Sequence record: CM022109.1 | Length of the DNA: 32,000 nucleotides | Reading direction: 5' to 3' (one strand) | In this document: piece after piece, positions 19,857 to 30,067 of the stretch | Position numbering within the stretch: the first letter of the stretch is position 1 | Layout of the letters: each line of letters begins with the position of its first letter | Notes under the pieces: model-generated | Seen by the model: only the letters and a program-made list of their open reading frames with translations | Told to the model about the DNA's origin: nothing | Database searches by the model: none | Program-made: the position numbers and the translations under genes

Positions 19857-19930
19857 AGCGGAGTAGAGCAGTCTGGTAGCTCGTAAGGCTCATAACCTTA
19901 AGGTCGTAGGTTCGAATCCTACCTCCGCTC
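19857..19930 (+). tRNA. trnfM: initiator tRNA-fMet (anticodon CAU)
   Basis: Closely resembles plastid trnfM (GCGGAGTAGAGCAG..GGTAGCTCG.AAGGCTCATAACCTT). The A11:U24 initiator signature is present. It does not resemble the elongator Met or Ile-CAU types. Confidence 0.85.
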
Positions 19931-19947
19931 AGTTTTAAGCTAAACTG

Positions 19948-19976
19948 TTGACAATATAAAAAAAAAAGTATATTAT
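19948..19976 (+). promoter_or_regulatory. candidate sigma70-type (PEP) promoter for trnE: TTGACA, 17-nt spacer, TATTAT
   Basis: -35 box at 19948-19953 and -10 box at 19971-19976. The -10 box ends 11 nt upstream of the trnE 5' end. Confidence 0.4.
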
Positions 19977-19987
19977 GTATATAAAAA

Positions 19988-20060
19988 GCCCCCATCGTCT
20001 AGAGGCCTAGGACATCTCCCTTTCACGGAGGAAACGGGGATTCGAATTCCCCTGGGGGTA
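19988..20060 (+). tRNA. trnE: tRNA-Glu (anticodon UUC)
   Basis: Starts GCCCCCATCGTCTAGAGGCCTAGGACA. Anticodon loop CTTTCAC. T arm GGGGA-TTCGAAT-TCCCC. Confidence 0.9.
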
Positions 20061-20083
20061 AATGAACTAATTTCGTTTTATCC

Positions 20084-20105
20084 TGTCTACTATTGCCAGT
20101 AGACA
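20084..20105 (+). other. stem-loop 1 of three in the trnE-rpl20 spacer (8-bp stem)
   Basis: tgtctact (20084-20091) is the reverse complement of agtagaca (20098-20105). Confidence 0.45.
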
Positions 20106-20140
20106 AGATTGAAATAAACTACTACAATGATGAAATAAAG

Positions 20141-20170
20141 CATAGAAAAAAGTTTTATCTTTTTTCTGTG
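20141..20170 (+). other. stem-loop 2 of three (12-bp stem with one G-U pair)
   Basis: catagaaaaaag (20141-20152) pairs with cttttttctgtg (20159-20170). Confidence 0.5.
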
Positions 20171-20174
20171 AAAA

Positions 20175-20200
20175 TCTCTAAAAAAATATGTTTTTAGAGA
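20175..20200 (+). other. stem-loop 3 of three (10-bp perfect stem)
   Basis: tctctaaaaa (20175-20184) is the reverse complement of tttttagaga (20191-20200). Confidence 0.5.
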
Positions 20201-20246
20201 GAAAAATTATTATAATTTAAATTACATTAATTATAGGAGAGCATAA

Positions 20247-20594
20247 ATGACTCGTGTTAAACGTGGAAACGTTGCTCGAAAACGACGTAAAGAAGTACTA
20301 AATTTAGCAAGTGGATTTAGAGGTTCGTCATCACGTCTATTTCGTACTGCTCAACAACAAACTATGAAAGCATTACGATATGCTTATCGAGATCGTAAAC
20401 AAAGAAAACGTGAATATACAAGTTTATGGATTTCACGTTTAAATGCAGCAGCTAGACAACATGGAATGAATTATAATTCATTACGACATCAATTAAAAAA
20501 ATCAAATATTATTTTGAATCGAAAAGTATTAAGTCAAGTCGCAATTCGTGATCAAGAAGCATTTAATCAATTAATTGCCCAAATTCAAGATTAA
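20247..20594 (+). CDS. rpl20: ribosomal protein L20
   Basis: 115-aa ORF starting [18 protein letters not shown]... AGGAGAG lies 5-7 nt upstream of the ATG. Confidence 0.97.
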   Translation: MTRVKRGNVARKRRKEVLNLASGFRGSSSRLFRTAQQQTMKALRYAYRDRKQRKREYTSLWISRLNAAARQHGMNYNSLRHQLKKSNIILNRKVLSQVAIRDQEAFNQLIAQIQD

Positions 20595-20635
20595 TCTTTG
20601 ATTCAAATAAAATACTTTGGAGGTAACTTCTAAAT

Positions 20636-20932
20636 ATGAATCAACCTAAATTAGGTAAGCGTGGATTTAAACCAAAACGCAAACCAGTGCCAGTTGTAAT
20701 TGCAAAGCCTGGGGATCGTAAATTGTGGAATGCTAATCAACCCGCACCACGTTCAACAATTGATTATAAAAATACAAAATTATTAATTAAATTCATTAGT
20801 CCGCAAGGAAAAATTTTACCACGACGTGCAACAGGTTTAACTGCAAAACAACAACGTGCAATGGCAACAGCTATTAAACGAGCACGTATGAGTGGTTTAT
20901 TACCGTTTGTTAATTTAGAAATTAACAAATAA
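20636..20932 (+). CDS. rps18: ribosomal protein S18
   Basis: 98-aa ORF with the conserved [39 protein letters not shown] lies upstream. Confidence 0.95.
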   Translation: MNQPKLGKRGFKPKRKPVPVVIAKPGDRKLWNANQPAPRSTIDYKNTKLLIKFISPQGKILPRRATGLTAKQQRAMATAIKRARMSGLLPFVNLEINK

Positions 20933-21022
20933 AAATTTTCTCAATAAAACAATCAAAAATACTACCACTTACGGTTTTTTTTTGAGACAATACAATAAAT
21001 ACAGTTAAAAAAAAAAATTCAT

Positions 21023-21095
21023 CACGCCTTGTAGGACTTGAACCCACGACATCAGGTTTTGGAAACCTGCGTTCTACCAACTGAACTAAAGGCGT
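21023..21095 (-). tRNA. trnW: tRNA-Trp (anticodon CCA)
   Basis: Starts ACGCCTTTAGTTCAGTTGGTAGAACG. Anticodon arm CAGGT-TTCCAAA-ACCTG. Confidence 0.9.
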
Positions 21096-21097
21096 TT

Positions 21098-21171
21098 TCG
21101 GGATGACAGGATTCGAACCTGCGACCTCCTGTTCCCAAAACAGGAGCGCTACCAAACTGCGCTACATCCCG
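21098..21171 (-). tRNA. trnP: tRNA-Pro (anticodon UGG)
   Basis: Starts CGGGATGTAGCGCAGTTTGGTAGCGC. Anticodon arm CCTGT-TTTGGGA-ACAGG. Separated from trnW by 2 nt. Confidence 0.9.
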
Positions 21172-21283
21172 ATACTGTGTTACAGTTACTTGTTTATAGT
21201 ACCTAAGGCTCTAAACTTTTGCAAGGGGTTTATATTTCTTTGTGAAATTAGTGAATTTCATACTTAATTTGGAGAAAGCACAT

Positions 21284-21409
21284 ATGAAAGATTTTACAAC
21301 ATACTTATCTACAGCACCAGTTCTTGCTCTTGTAAGTTTAACAGTTGTAGCAGGTTTATTAATTGAAATTAATCGCTATTTCCCAGATGCATTAATTCTT
21401 GCGTTTTAA
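21284..21409 (+). CDS. psaJ: photosystem I subunit IX
   Basis: Hand-translated 41 aa: [46 protein letters not shown] lies 9 nt upstream of the ATG. Confidence 0.92.
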   Translation: MKDFTTYLSTAPVLALVSLTVVAGLLIEINRYFPDALILAF

Positions 21410-21420
21410 TTAAAAAACAG

Positions 21421-21458
21421 ATTCTATATTAATTTTATTAATAAAATTAATATAGAAT
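21421..21458 (+). terminator. 3' UTR stem-loop downstream of psaJ (18-nt perfect arms)
   Basis: attctatattaattttat (21421-21438) is the reverse complement of ataaaattaatatagaat (21441-21458). Confidence 0.6.
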
Positions 21459-21557
21459 TATGGATAACTGTATTCAATACTTATTGAGAATATTTTACTA
21501 GTAATTCAAACTTAAAAAATTAAACTTTTTTAAAAAATCTATTATTTATATAATAAT

Positions 21558-21923
21558 ATGCCAACTATTCAACAATTAGTTCGTTCTGCTCGAACAAAAA
21601 TATCAAAACCAACCAAATCAGCAGCATTAAAACAATGTCCACAACGTCGCGGTGTATGTACACGTGTTTATACAACAACACCAAAAAAACCAAATTCAGC
21701 TTTACGAAAAGTAGCTCGTGTGCGTTTATCATCAGGATTTGAAGTTACAGCATATATTCCTGGAATTGGCCATAATTTACAAGAACATTCAGTTGTGTTA
21801 GTACGAGGTGGTCGAGTTAAAGATCTACCGGGGGTACGTTATCATATTGTTCGTGGAACATTAGATACTGCTGGTGTAAAAGAACGTTCACAAGGACGCT
21901 CTAAATATGGTGTAAAAAAATAA
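21558..21923 (+). CDS. rps12: ribosomal protein S12, contiguous (not trans-spliced)
   Basis: 121-aa ORF starting [12 protein letters not shown]... with the conserved [16 protein letters not shown]. Confidence 0.98.
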   Translation: MPTIQQLVRSARTKISKPTKSAALKQCPQRRGVCTRVYTTTPKKPNSALRKVARVRLSSGFEVTAYIPGIGHNLQEHSVVLVRGGRVKDLPGVRYHIVRGTLDTAGVKERSQGRSKYGVKK

Positions 21924-21952
21924 AATTAAAATTATATATTCATTAGAAATTT

Positions 21953-22423
21953 ATGTCTCGTCGACGTACTCAAAAAAAACGTAGTGTAATGCCAGATCCG
22001 GTATATGATAGCCGTTTAATAGAATTAATCGTTCGCCAAATTATGCGTAAAGGAAAAAAATCTTTAGCGTATAAAATTATGTATGAAACTATGACCCAAA
22101 TTGCTGAGACTACTCAACAAGATCCACTGGTAGTTATTGAACAAGCAATTCGAAATGCTACGCCGTTAGTTGAAGTTAAAGCACGTCGTGTTGGAGGATC
22201 AACATACCAAGTTCCGTTAGAAGTATTACCGGAACGAGGAACAGCTCTTGCAATCCGTTGGATTTTAGCGGCTTGTCGAGTTAAATCAGGCCGCCCCATG
22301 ACACTAAAATTAACGTCTGAATTAATTGAAGCTTCAAAAAATTCTGGAAGTGCAATTAGAAAACGTGATGAAGTGCATAAAATGGCTGAAGCAAATAAAG
22401 CATTTGCAAAATATCGATTCTAA
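21953..22423 (+). CDS. rps7: ribosomal protein S7
   Basis: 156-aa ORF with the conserved S7 core ([16 protein letters not shown]). Confidence 0.97.
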   Translation: MSRRRTQKKRSVMPDPVYDSRLIELIVRQIMRKGKKSLAYKIMYETMTQIAETTQQDPLVVIEQAIRNATPLVEVKARRVGGSTYQVPLEVLPERGTALAIRWILAACRVKSGRPMTLKLTSELIEASKNSGSAIRKRDEVHKMAEANKAFAKYRF

Positions 22424-22491
22424 AAAATTGCTATTTAATCAAGATCAAATTTAGTTAAACTTTTGAAAAAAATATACACAAGGAATTTATA

Positions 22492-23724
22492 ATGGCACGT
22501 GAAAAATTTGAACGTAGTAAACCACATATTAACATTGGAACAATCGGACACGTTGATCATGGAAAAACAACATTAACGGCTGCAATTACAATGGCACTAG
22601 CATTACGTAGTGGTGGTGGTAAAGGTCAAAAATATGACGATATTGATTCAGCACCGGAAGAAAAAGCACGTGGTATTACTATTAATACGGCTCATGTTGA
22701 ATATGAAACAGAAAACCGTCATTATGCTCACGTAGATTGTCCAGGTCATGCTGATTATGTAAAAAATATGATTACTGGAGCAGCACAAATGGATGGCGCA
22801 ATTTTAGTTGTATCTGGTGCTGATGGCCCAATGCCACAAACAAAAGAACACTTATTATTAGCTAAGCAAGTAGGTGTACCGAATATTGTTGTTTTCTTAA
22901 ATAAAGAAGATCAAGTAGATGATCCAGAATTATTAGAATTAGTTGAACTAGAAATTCGTGAAACATTAGATAAATACGAATTCCCAGGTGATGATATTCC
23001 AATTGTTTCAGGTTCTGCTTTATTAGCATTAGAAGCCCTAACAGAAGCTGAAACATTTGACCGTGGCCAAAATGAGTGGGTAGATAAAATCTATACTTTA
23101 ATGGACGAAGTAGATGCATATATTCCAACACCAGAACGTGCAACAGATAAACCATTCTTAATGGCTGTTGAAGATGTATTCTCAATTACTGGTCGTGGTA
23201 CAGTAGCAACTGGTCGTGTAGAGCGTGGTTTAGTAAAGATTGGTGATACAGTAGAGATTGTTGGTTTACGTGATACACGTTCAACAACAGTAACTGGTTT
23301 AGAAATGTTCCAAAAAACATTAGACGAAAGTGTTGCCGGTGATAATGTTGGTGTATTACTACGTGGTGTTCAAAAAGAAGATATTGAACGTGGAATGGTA
23401 CTTGCACAACCAGGTAGTATTACTCCACATACAGAATTTGAAGCACAAGTATATGTACTAACAAAAGAAGAAGGTGGCCGTCATACTCCATTCTTCCCTG
23501 GGTATCGTCCACAGTTTTATGTACGAACTACTGATGTTACTGGAAAAATTGAATCATTCCGTGCAGATGATGATAGTGAAACACAAATGGTAATGCCAGG
23601 TGATCGTATTAAGATGAATGTATCTTTAATTCAACCAATTGCGATTGAAAAAGGTATGCGATTTGCAATCCGTGAAGGTGGCCGTACGGTAGGGGCTGGT
23701 GTTGTAAGTACTATTACAAAATAA
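22492..23724 (+). CDS. tufA: translation elongation factor Tu
   Basis: 410-aa ORF with [17 protein letters not shown] and NKED GTPase motifs. A plastid-encoded tufA excludes land plants. Confidence 0.99.
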   Translation: MAREKFERSKPHINIGTIGHVDHGKTTLTAAITMALALRSGGGKGQKYDDIDSAPEEKARGITINTAHVEYETENRHYAHVDCPGHADYVKNMITGAAQMDGAILVVSGADGPMPQTKEHLLLAKQVGVPNIVVFLNKEDQVDDPELLELVELEIRETLDKYEFPGDDIPIVSGSALLALEALTEAETFDRGQNEWVDKIYTLMDEVDAYIPTPERATDKPFLMAVEDVFSITGRGTVATGRVERGLVKIGDTVEIVGLRDTRSTTVTGLEMFQKTLDESVAGDNVGVLLRGVQKEDIERGMVLAQPGSITPHTEFEAQVYVLTKEEGGRHTPFFPGYRPQFYVRTTDVTGKIESFRADDDSETQMVMPGDRIKMNVSLIQPIAIEKGMRFAIREGGRTVGAGVVSTITK

Positions 23725-23737
23725 TCCACCCTTTTTT

Positions 23738-23777
23738 TTCTATAATTTTATCGATAAATATCGATAAAATTATAGAA
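23738..23777 (+). terminator. 3' UTR stem-loop downstream of tufA (19-nt perfect arms)
   Basis: ttctataattttatcgata (23738-23756) is the reverse complement of 23759-23777. It lies 14 nt after the tufA stop codon. Confidence 0.65.
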
Positions 23778-23817
23778 TATATATTAATTAATATTTTAAT
23801 TTGAAAAAAAAATTATT

Positions 23818-24204
23818 ATGACAAAGCTTCACGAAGTTGTTGAGAATATTAAATCTGGAACAATTCGATCAGATATTCCAGAAATCAAAATCGGAGATTT
23901 AGTGCGCGTTGGGGTAGCAATTCAAGAAGGAAATAAAGAACGTATTCAACCTTTTGAAGGCACTGTAATATCGCGTCATTTAGCTGGTTCAGAAAGTAGT
24001 ATTACAATCCGAAAAACGTTGCAAGGTATTGGTGTTGAACGTGTCTTACCATTACATGCACCGTGTTTAAAAAGTATTGAAGTATTACGTCGTGCTGAAG
24101 TTAGCCGTGCAAAATTATATTATTTACGCAATAGAACTGGAAAAGCAACGCGTTTAAAACAAAAGTTTGAAACTTTACCAAACCCTTGGAAAACTGAAAA
24201 TTAA
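23818..24204 (+). CDS. rpl19: ribosomal protein L19
   Basis: 128-aa ORF with the L19 signature (GDLVRVGVAIQEGNKERIQPFEGTVIS, YYLRNRTGKA). Confidence 0.95.
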   Translation: MTKLHEVVENIKSGTIRSDIPEIKIGDLVRVGVAIQEGNKERIQPFEGTVISRHLAGSESSITIRKTLQGIGVERVLPLHAPCLKSIEVLRRAEVSRAKLYYLRNRTGKATRLKQKFETLPNPWKTEN

Positions 24205-24207
24205 TTT

Positions 24208-24750
24208 ATGAAAAAATCACTTTATTATACAGTACCAGGTGCGAGACGATTAAGTAATTATATTTGGGGAACTATTTTAACAGTTGGTGGTCTTGGTTTT
24301 TTATTAACCGGTCTATCATGTTATTTAAATTATGCCATTTTACCGTTTATTAATATTCAAACAATTCAATTTTTCCCACAGGGACTAGTAATGTCTTTTT
24401 ATGGTATTCTTGGGCTATCGTTAAGTATTTATATTTGGTTAATTATTTTATGGGATTTAGGGCAAGGTTATAATGAATTTAATCTTGAAACAGGTGAAAT
24501 TCAAATTTTTCGATGGGGTTTTCCTGGGAAAAATAGACGTATTAATCTAAAATATTTAATTAGTGAAGTACAAAGTATTCGAGTTGAAATTAAAGAAGGT
24601 ATCAATCCGAGACGAGTGATTTATTTAAAATTACGTGGTAACCGTGAAATTCCATTAACAAGGGCAGGTCAACCAATTAGTATTCAAGAACTTGAAAATC
24701 AAGCAGCCGAATTAGCTCGTACATTACAAGTGTCATTAGAAGGAATTTAA
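24208..24750 (+). CDS. ycf4: photosystem I assembly protein Ycf4
   Basis: 180-aa ORF with two N-terminal TM helices and a conserved FFPQGLVMSFYG. The ATG lies 3 nt after the rpl19 stop codon. Confidence 0.95.
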   Translation: MKKSLYYTVPGARRLSNYIWGTILTVGGLGFLLTGLSCYLNYAILPFINIQTIQFFPQGLVMSFYGILGLSLSIYIWLIILWDLGQGYNEFNLETGEIQIFRWGFPGKNRRINLKYLISEVQSIRVEIKEGINPRRVIYLKLRGNREIPLTRAGQPISIQELENQAAELARTLQVSLEGI

Positions 24751-24769
24751 TATTATTTAATATAAATTT

Positions 24770-25600
24770 ATGGCAAAACGAGCAATTGAACAAACTGGGT
24801 TAATCCCAAGATCGATTATTCGAACTTTTGAAAGATTCAAAAAACAACTTTTTCCTGGTGTTGAGATGTTAGTCATTCAAGAATTTCGAATATCTCGATA
24901 TCAAGTTATTGTTTCCATTCAAGCTTTATTTTTCTTAATTTTTATTCCAATTTTTATAAATTATATTTCAAAACATTTTATTATTACTCCATTTGTAAAA
25001 TATATTTGGAATAAAAATAATGTAGATATATTCTTAAATATTCAACAACAACAATTAGCGTTAAATGAATTAAAAGAATTTGAAGAAACTCTCTACTTTG
25101 AAAGTCTATTAACCAATCAAAATTTTGGTGAGAATATATCTCACTTAACAAATTTAGATGTACAAAATTCAATTAATAAAAAAACAATTGAAATTGCCTC
25201 AGTTTATAATGAAGAAAGTATTCAAGCAATTAGTAATCTATTTTCGGATTTTTTAAGTTTAAGTAGTTTAGCAATTGTTTTTGTATTAATAAAAACTCAA
25301 TTAATTATTCTTAAATCGTTTTTAGCTGAATCATTATATAGTTTAAGTGATACAACTAAATCATTTTTATTAATTTTAAGTACAGATTTATTAGTAGGAT
25401 TTCATTCACCCCGAGGTTGGGAAGTTTTTTTAAAATGGGTTTTTTATCATTTTGGTGTCCCAGAAAATGAAGAATTTATGTCATTATTTGTTGCAACATT
25501 TCCTGTATTTTTAGACACAATTTTTAAATATTGGATCTTTCGATCATTAAATAAAATATCACCATCAACAGTTGCAACATATCATAATATGATTGAATAG
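24770..25600 (+). CDS. cemA: chloroplast envelope membrane protein (proton extrusion, CemA/Ycf10)
   Basis: 276-aa ORF. The N-terminal IPRSIIRTFERFKKQL and the C-terminal FPVFLDTIFKYWIFRSLNKISPSTVATYHNM are CemA hallmarks. Confidence 0.93.
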   Translation: MAKRAIEQTGLIPRSIIRTFERFKKQLFPGVEMLVIQEFRISRYQVIVSIQALFFLIFIPIFINYISKHFIITPFVKYIWNKNNVDIFLNIQQQQLALNELKEFEETLYFESLLTNQNFGENISHLTNLDVQNSINKKTIEIASVYNEESIQAISNLFSDFLSLSSLAIVFVLIKTQLIILKSFLAESLYSLSDTTKSFLLILSTDLLVGFHSPRGWEVFLKWVFYHFGVPENEEFMSLFVATFPVFLDTIFKYWIFRSLNKISPSTVATYHNMIE

Positions 25601-25628
25601 TTCGAACAAAAATATATTTTTGTTCGAA
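25601..25628 (+). terminator. 28-nt perfect palindrome immediately after the cemA stop codon
   Basis: ttcgaacaaaaata (25601-25614) is the reverse complement of tatttttgttcgaa (25615-25628). Confidence 0.6.
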
Positions 25629-25775
25629 TTTAATATGTTAATTTAAACTTTAAATTATAAATACGGACTATTGTATTTATTAAATAAATGTTTCAATTTA
25701 TAGTGATCATTCCAAACAAATTTATTTATTTTTCTTTAAATAAATAAATTAAATATTCAAATACATATAGATTTT

Positions 25776-26036
25776 ATGATGCTAGACTTGGTGAAATATC
25801 CAGTAATTCGCACTGAAAAATCTACACGTTTAATTGAAAATAATCAATTTAGCTTTGATGTAGATATGCGTCTTACAAAACCACAAATTAAAAAATTAAT
25901 TGAAGATTTTTTTGATGTTAAAGTGCTGGCAGTTAATACACATCGACCTCCACGTAAATTTAAACGAATGGGGGCTAAATCAAATTATAAACGTGTAATT
26001 ATAACTGTTGATGCAAATGATAGCTTATTAAAATAA
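25776..26036 (+). CDS. rpl23: ribosomal protein L23
   Basis: 86-aa ORF with L23-like sequence ([21 protein letters not shown]...) at the conserved position upstream of rpl2. Confidence 0.92.
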   Translation: MMLDLVKYPVIRTEKSTRLIENNQFSFDVDMRLTKPQIKKLIEDFFDVKVLAVNTHRPPRKFKRMGAKSNYKRVIITVDANDSLLK

Positions 26037-26051
26037 TTTTTAGTATACATT

Positions 26052-26879
26052 ATGGCAATTAGATTTTTAAAAGCTGCAACACCAGGAACACGACATGGTT
26101 CTGTCAGTGATTTTTCTCAAATATCAAAAAAACGACCAGAGAAAAAATTAACATCTTGGTGGTCTCGTTCAAAAGGGCGAAATAATAGAGGTATTATTAC
26201 AACTCGACACCGTGGTGGTGGCCATAAAAGGCTATATCGAAAAATCGATTTTGCACGAACTAAATTAGGTTTAAATGCAAAAGTCGTTAGTATTGAATAC
26301 GATCCAAATCGTAATGCTCGTATTGCATTATTACATTATCCAGATGGAGAAAAACGTTATATTTTGCACCCAGTTGGATTAAATATTGGAGATACAATTA
26401 CTGCATCACCAGATGCTACGATTACAATTGGTAATTGTTTACCATTAAAGAATATTCCATTAGGAACAGATGTTCATAATATTGAATTACAACCTGGTGG
26501 AGGAGGACAATTAGTCCGTGCGGCAGGAACAGTTGCACAAATTGTTGCAAAAGAAAATAGTTGGGTTACGCTACGTCTACCATCTGGTGAAGTTAGATTA
26601 ATTTCAGAAAATTGCTGGGCAACAATTGGACGTGTTGGCAATATTGATTTTTCTAATTTAACATTAGGCAAAGCAGGCCGTCGTCGTTGGTTAGGATATC
26701 GACCACATGTACGTGGATCAGCAATGAACCCAGTAGACCACCCACATGGTGGTGGTGAAGGTCGTGCTCCCATTGGTCGTTCGCGTCCAGTAAGTCCATG
26801 GGGTAAACCAGCATTAGGAGCAAAAACGCGTAAACCAAAAAAATGGAGTACAAAATATATTGTACAAAAACGTAAATAA
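26052..26879 (+). CDS. rpl2: ribosomal protein L2, no intron
   Basis: 275-aa ORF with [19 protein letters not shown] and [16 protein letters not shown]. Confidence 0.98.
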   Translation: MAIRFLKAATPGTRHGSVSDFSQISKKRPEKKLTSWWSRSKGRNNRGIITTRHRGGGHKRLYRKIDFARTKLGLNAKVVSIEYDPNRNARIALLHYPDGEKRYILHPVGLNIGDTITASPDATITIGNCLPLKNIPLGTDVHNIELQPGGGGQLVRAAGTVAQIVAKENSWVTLRLPSGEVRLISENCWATIGRVGNIDFSNLTLGKAGRRRWLGYRPHVRGSAMNPVDHPHGGGEGRAPIGRSRPVSPWGKPALGAKTRKPKKWSTKYIVQKRK

Positions 26880-26914
26880 ATATATTTTTATATAACTACT
26901 AAAAATTCATTATT

Positions 26915-27193
26915 ATGGGAAGATCATTAAAAAAGGCACCATTTGTGGCTGATCATTTACTTAAAAAAATTGAACGTGCAAATGTTCAAGGTGATAAAAA
27001 AGTAATTACAACATGGTCACGTTCCTCAACAATTGTTCCAGTTATGATTGGGCATACAATTGCGGTACATAATGGACGTACACATATTCCAGTATTTATT
27101 ACTGATCAAATGGTAGGTCATAAATTAGGTGAATTTTCACCAACTCGTACATTTAAAGGTCATATCAAAAAGGATAAAAAATCAAAACGATAG
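26915..27193 (+). CDS. rps19: ribosomal protein S19
   Basis: 92-aa ORF starting [20 protein letters not shown]... with [29 protein letters not shown]. Confidence 0.98.
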   Translation: MGRSLKKAPFVADHLLKKIERANVQGDKKVITTWSRSSTIVPVMIGHTIAVHNGRTHIPVFITDQMVGHKLGEFSPTRTFKGHIKKDKKSKR

Positions 27194-27199
27194 AAAATT

Positions 27200-27904
27200 A
27201 TGGGACAAAAAGTACATCCTTTAGGCTTTCGCCTTGGAATAACACAAAAGCATCAAAGTTATTGGTGTACAAATCGTGAATTGTCATCGGTTTGGATTCA
27301 AGATGCAAATTTTTTACGTAATTTTATTACGAAAAATTATTCAAAGGCTGGAATTACACGTATTGAAATTCGACGTCGTCGTTTTGGTTCATCATCTTTA
27401 ACTATTGAAATTTTTGCTGCACGACCAAATTTATTTGGAAATCGTGAAACACAAAATTTAGATAAATTACGTGATTCATTAACAAGTGAATTAGAGCGTT
27501 TTTATCGAAAACGAAATTTAGAACAACCAGCTAAATTACAAATTAGTTTATATGTAAAACCATTAACAAATCCTGATATCCATGCACAGGTTTTAGCTGA
27601 TCGATTAGTTGAAGATTTAGAACAACGTAAACCGTATCGTCGTTCAATGAAACAACTTGTTCAACGTGCTAGAAAAGCTGGTGTAAAAGGAATTAAAGTT
27701 CAAGTTTCAGGAAGATTGAACGGAGCTGATATTGCTCGTGCTGAAAATGTTCGCGATGGTGCTGTACCATTACAAACTTTACGTGCAAATATTGACTATT
27801 GTTCAAAATCGGCAAAAACAATTTATGGCTTATTAGGCATTAAAATTTGGGTTTTTAATGGTGAACAATTATCAAAATTAGATAACTTAGCAACTGAACT
27901 ATAA
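27200..27904 (+). CDS. rps3: ribosomal protein S3
   Basis: 234-aa ORF starting MGQKVHPLGFRLGI... with the C-terminal S3 domain (GIKVQVSGRLNGADIAR). Confidence 0.96.
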   Translation: MGQKVHPLGFRLGITQKHQSYWCTNRELSSVWIQDANFLRNFITKNYSKAGITRIEIRRRRFGSSSLTIEIFAARPNLFGNRETQNLDKLRDSLTSELERFYRKRNLEQPAKLQISLYVKPLTNPDIHAQVLADRLVEDLEQRKPYRRSMKQLVQRARKAGVKGIKVQVSGRLNGADIARAENVRDGAVPLQTLRANIDYCSKSAKTIYGLLGIKIWVFNGEQLSKLDNLATEL

Positions 27905-27941
27905 TTGCAATTATCAAAATATTTAATTATTAAATTTAATT

Positions 27942-28352
27942 ATGTTAAGCCCAAAACGAACAAAATTTAGACGTCACCATCGTGGCCGTATGCGCGGTAA
28001 AGCTACACGTGGAAATACATTAGCGTTTGGTGATTATGGATTACAAACTTTAGAAAGATCATGGATCACTTCACGTCAAATTGAAGCTGCTAGACGTGCA
28101 ATGACACGACATGTTCGACGTGGAGGTAAAATTTGGATACGTTTATTTCCAGATAAACCAGTAACAATGCGAGCAGCAGAAACTCGAATGGGTTCTGGAA
28201 AAGGAACACCCGAATATTGGGTTGCTGTTGTAAAACCTGGTAAAATTTTATATGAAATTAAAGGTGTACCAGAAACAGTTGCACGTGTTGCATTAAAATT
28301 AGCTGGTGCTAAATTACCAGTGAAAACACGAATTCTTATTCGTACTAATTAA
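27942..28352 (+). CDS. rpl16: ribosomal protein L16, no intron
   Basis: 136-aa ORF starting [21 protein letters not shown]... Confidence 0.98.
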   Translation: MLSPKRTKFRRHHRGRMRGKATRGNTLAFGDYGLQTLERSWITSRQIEAARRAMTRHVRRGGKIWIRLFPDKPVTMRAAETRMGSGKGTPEYWVAVVKPGKILYEIKGVPETVARVALKLAGAKLPVKTRILIRTN

Positions 28353-28381
28353 TCAATTTTTTTAAATTAGAAAAAATCAAT

Positions 28382-28750
28382 ATGATTCAACCACAATCTT
28401 ATCTCACTGTTGCTGATAATTCAGGAGCAAGAGAAGTAATGTGCATTCGAGTATTAGGCAGTGGAAAGGCTAGAGCAGCAACGGTTGGAGATGTTATTGT
28501 TGCTGTTGTTAAAGAAGCAAACCCTAATATGCCAATCAAAAAATCAGATATTGTTCGTGCGGTAATTGTTCGTACAAGAAAAAATGTACGTCGACCAAAT
28601 GGTACAAGTATTCGATTTGATGAGAATGCAGCTGTAATTATTAATAAAGAAAATAATCCTCGTGGAACACGAGTTTTTGGTCCGGTAGCACGTGAATTAC
28701 GTGACGGCAATTTTACAAAAATTATTTCATTAGCTCCAGAAGTTATATAA
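28382..28750 (+). CDS. rpl14: ribosomal protein L14
   Basis: 122-aa ORF starting [26 protein letters not shown]... Confidence 0.98.
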   Translation: MIQPQSYLTVADNSGAREVMCIRVLGSGKARAATVGDVIVAVVKEANPNMPIKKSDIVRAVIVRTRKNVRRPNGTSIRFDENAAVIINKENNPRGTRVFGPVARELRDGNFTKIISLAPEVI

Positions 28751-28762
28751 AAGAAAATTAAT

Positions 28763-29308
28763 ATGGTACAACGATTAGATAAGTTCTATCAAACAACCGT
28801 AACACCACAATTAAAAAAACAATTTCAATATACAAATACTCATCGAGTTCCAAAACTAGAAAAAATTGTAATTAATCGTGGTTTAGGGGATGCATCACAA
28901 AATTCTAAATTATTAGAATCTTGTTCAAATGAATTAAGTATTATTACTGGCCAACAAGGTATTACAACGCGATCAAAAAAAGCTATTGCTGGTTTTAAAT
29001 TAAGACAAAAAATGCCAGTTGGGTTAGTAGTAACACTACGAAAAGATCGAATGTATGCGTTTTTAGATCGCTTAATTAATTTAGCACTACCACGTATTCG
29101 CGATTTTCAAGGAATGAATCCAAAAAGTTTTGATGGAAATGGAAATTATAGTTTAGGTTTAGATGAACAATTAATGTTTCCAGAAATTGATTATGATAAA
29201 ATTGATCAAATTCGTGGTATGGACATTTCCATTATTACTAGCGCAAAAAATGATGAAGAAGGTTTAGCTTTATTATCAGCATTTGGTATGCCATTTAGAA
29301 AAAAATAA
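28763..29308 (+). CDS. rpl5: ribosomal protein L5
   Basis: 181-aa ORF with the conserved L5 core ([27 protein letters not shown]). Confidence 0.96.
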   Translation: MVQRLDKFYQTTVTPQLKKQFQYTNTHRVPKLEKIVINRGLGDASQNSKLLESCSNELSIITGQQGITTRSKKAIAGFKLRQKMPVGLVVTLRKDRMYAFLDRLINLALPRIRDFQGMNPKSFDGNGNYSLGLDEQLMFPEIDYDKIDQIRGMDISIITSAKNDEEGLALLSAFGMPFRKK

Positions 29309-29353
29309 AGTATTTTATTTTCATAAAATAGAAAAAACTAAATAAAAGTCAAT

Positions 29354-29764
29354 ATGGTAAATGACACAATTAGTGATATGTTAACACGTATTCGTAATGC
29401 AAACTTAGCATCGAAACAATGTGTAACAATTCCAAAAACAAATATTCATATTAATATTGCAAAAATATTAGAACAAGAAGGTTTTATTGAAAGTATTCAA
29501 ACAGAAACTTCTGAACCAAATGATTTTACTTTAAATTTAAAGTATATTTCAACGGGCGAAAATAGTAATATTAAAAAACCATGTATTACAAATTTAAAGC
29601 GAATTAGTACACCTGGTCTTAGAATTTATACAAATTCAAAAGATATTCCACAAAGTTTTGGTGGAATGGGTATTGTAATTATCTCAACATCGAAAGGTTT
29701 AATGACTGATCGCGATGCCCGTCGAGCAAAATTAGGCGGTGAAATTCTTTGTTCCATTTGGTAA
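29354..29764 (+). CDS. rps8: ribosomal protein S8
   Basis: 136-aa ORF with [16 protein letters not shown]... and the C-terminal GGEILCSIW. Confidence 0.96.
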   Translation: MVNDTISDMLTRIRNANLASKQCVTIPKTNIHINIAKILEQEGFIESIQTETSEPNDFTLNLKYISTGENSNIKKPCITNLKRISTPGLRIYTNSKDIPQSFGGMGIVIISTSKGLMTDRDARRAKLGGEILCSIW

Positions 29765-29802
29765 AAAACTATTTTTCTTAAAAAATTTATATAAGGAGGC
29801 CT

Positions 29803-30060
29803 TTGAATCAAAAAAATATTGATTTAATTGAAATCGAAGGAACAGTGACGCAATGCTTATCAAATGGTATGTTTCGTGTAAAACTTGAAAATGGTTTTTT
29901 AGTATTAGCACATGTATCAGGTAAAATTCGTCGCAATTATATTAGAATTTTACTTGGTGACCGTGTTCTTGTTGAATTAAGCCCTTATGATTTAACACGA
30001 GGTCGAATTACTTTTAGATTGCGTCCCGGCAAAGAACAAATAATTAAAGAAGAAAATTAA
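29803..30060 (+). CDS. infA: translation initiation factor IF-1; start codon uncertain (TTG at 29803)
   Basis: The S1-like fold sequence [61 protein letters not shown] is canonical IF-1. There is no in-frame ATG between the upstream stop (29779) and the conserved core. AAGGAGG lies at 29793-29799. Confidence 0.85.
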   Translation: MNQKNIDLIEIEGTVTQCLSNGMFRVKLENGFLVLAHVSGKIRRNYIRILLGDRVLVELSPYDLTRGRITFRLRPGKEQIIKEEN

Positions 30061-30067
30061 AACTAAT

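Noticed and set aside
20922-21155. 77-aa minus-strand ORF from the ORF track
   Set aside because: It is made up almost entirely of the trnW and trnP sequences read as codons (for example the GSNPV and GSSPT motifs typical of translated T arms). It is not a gene.
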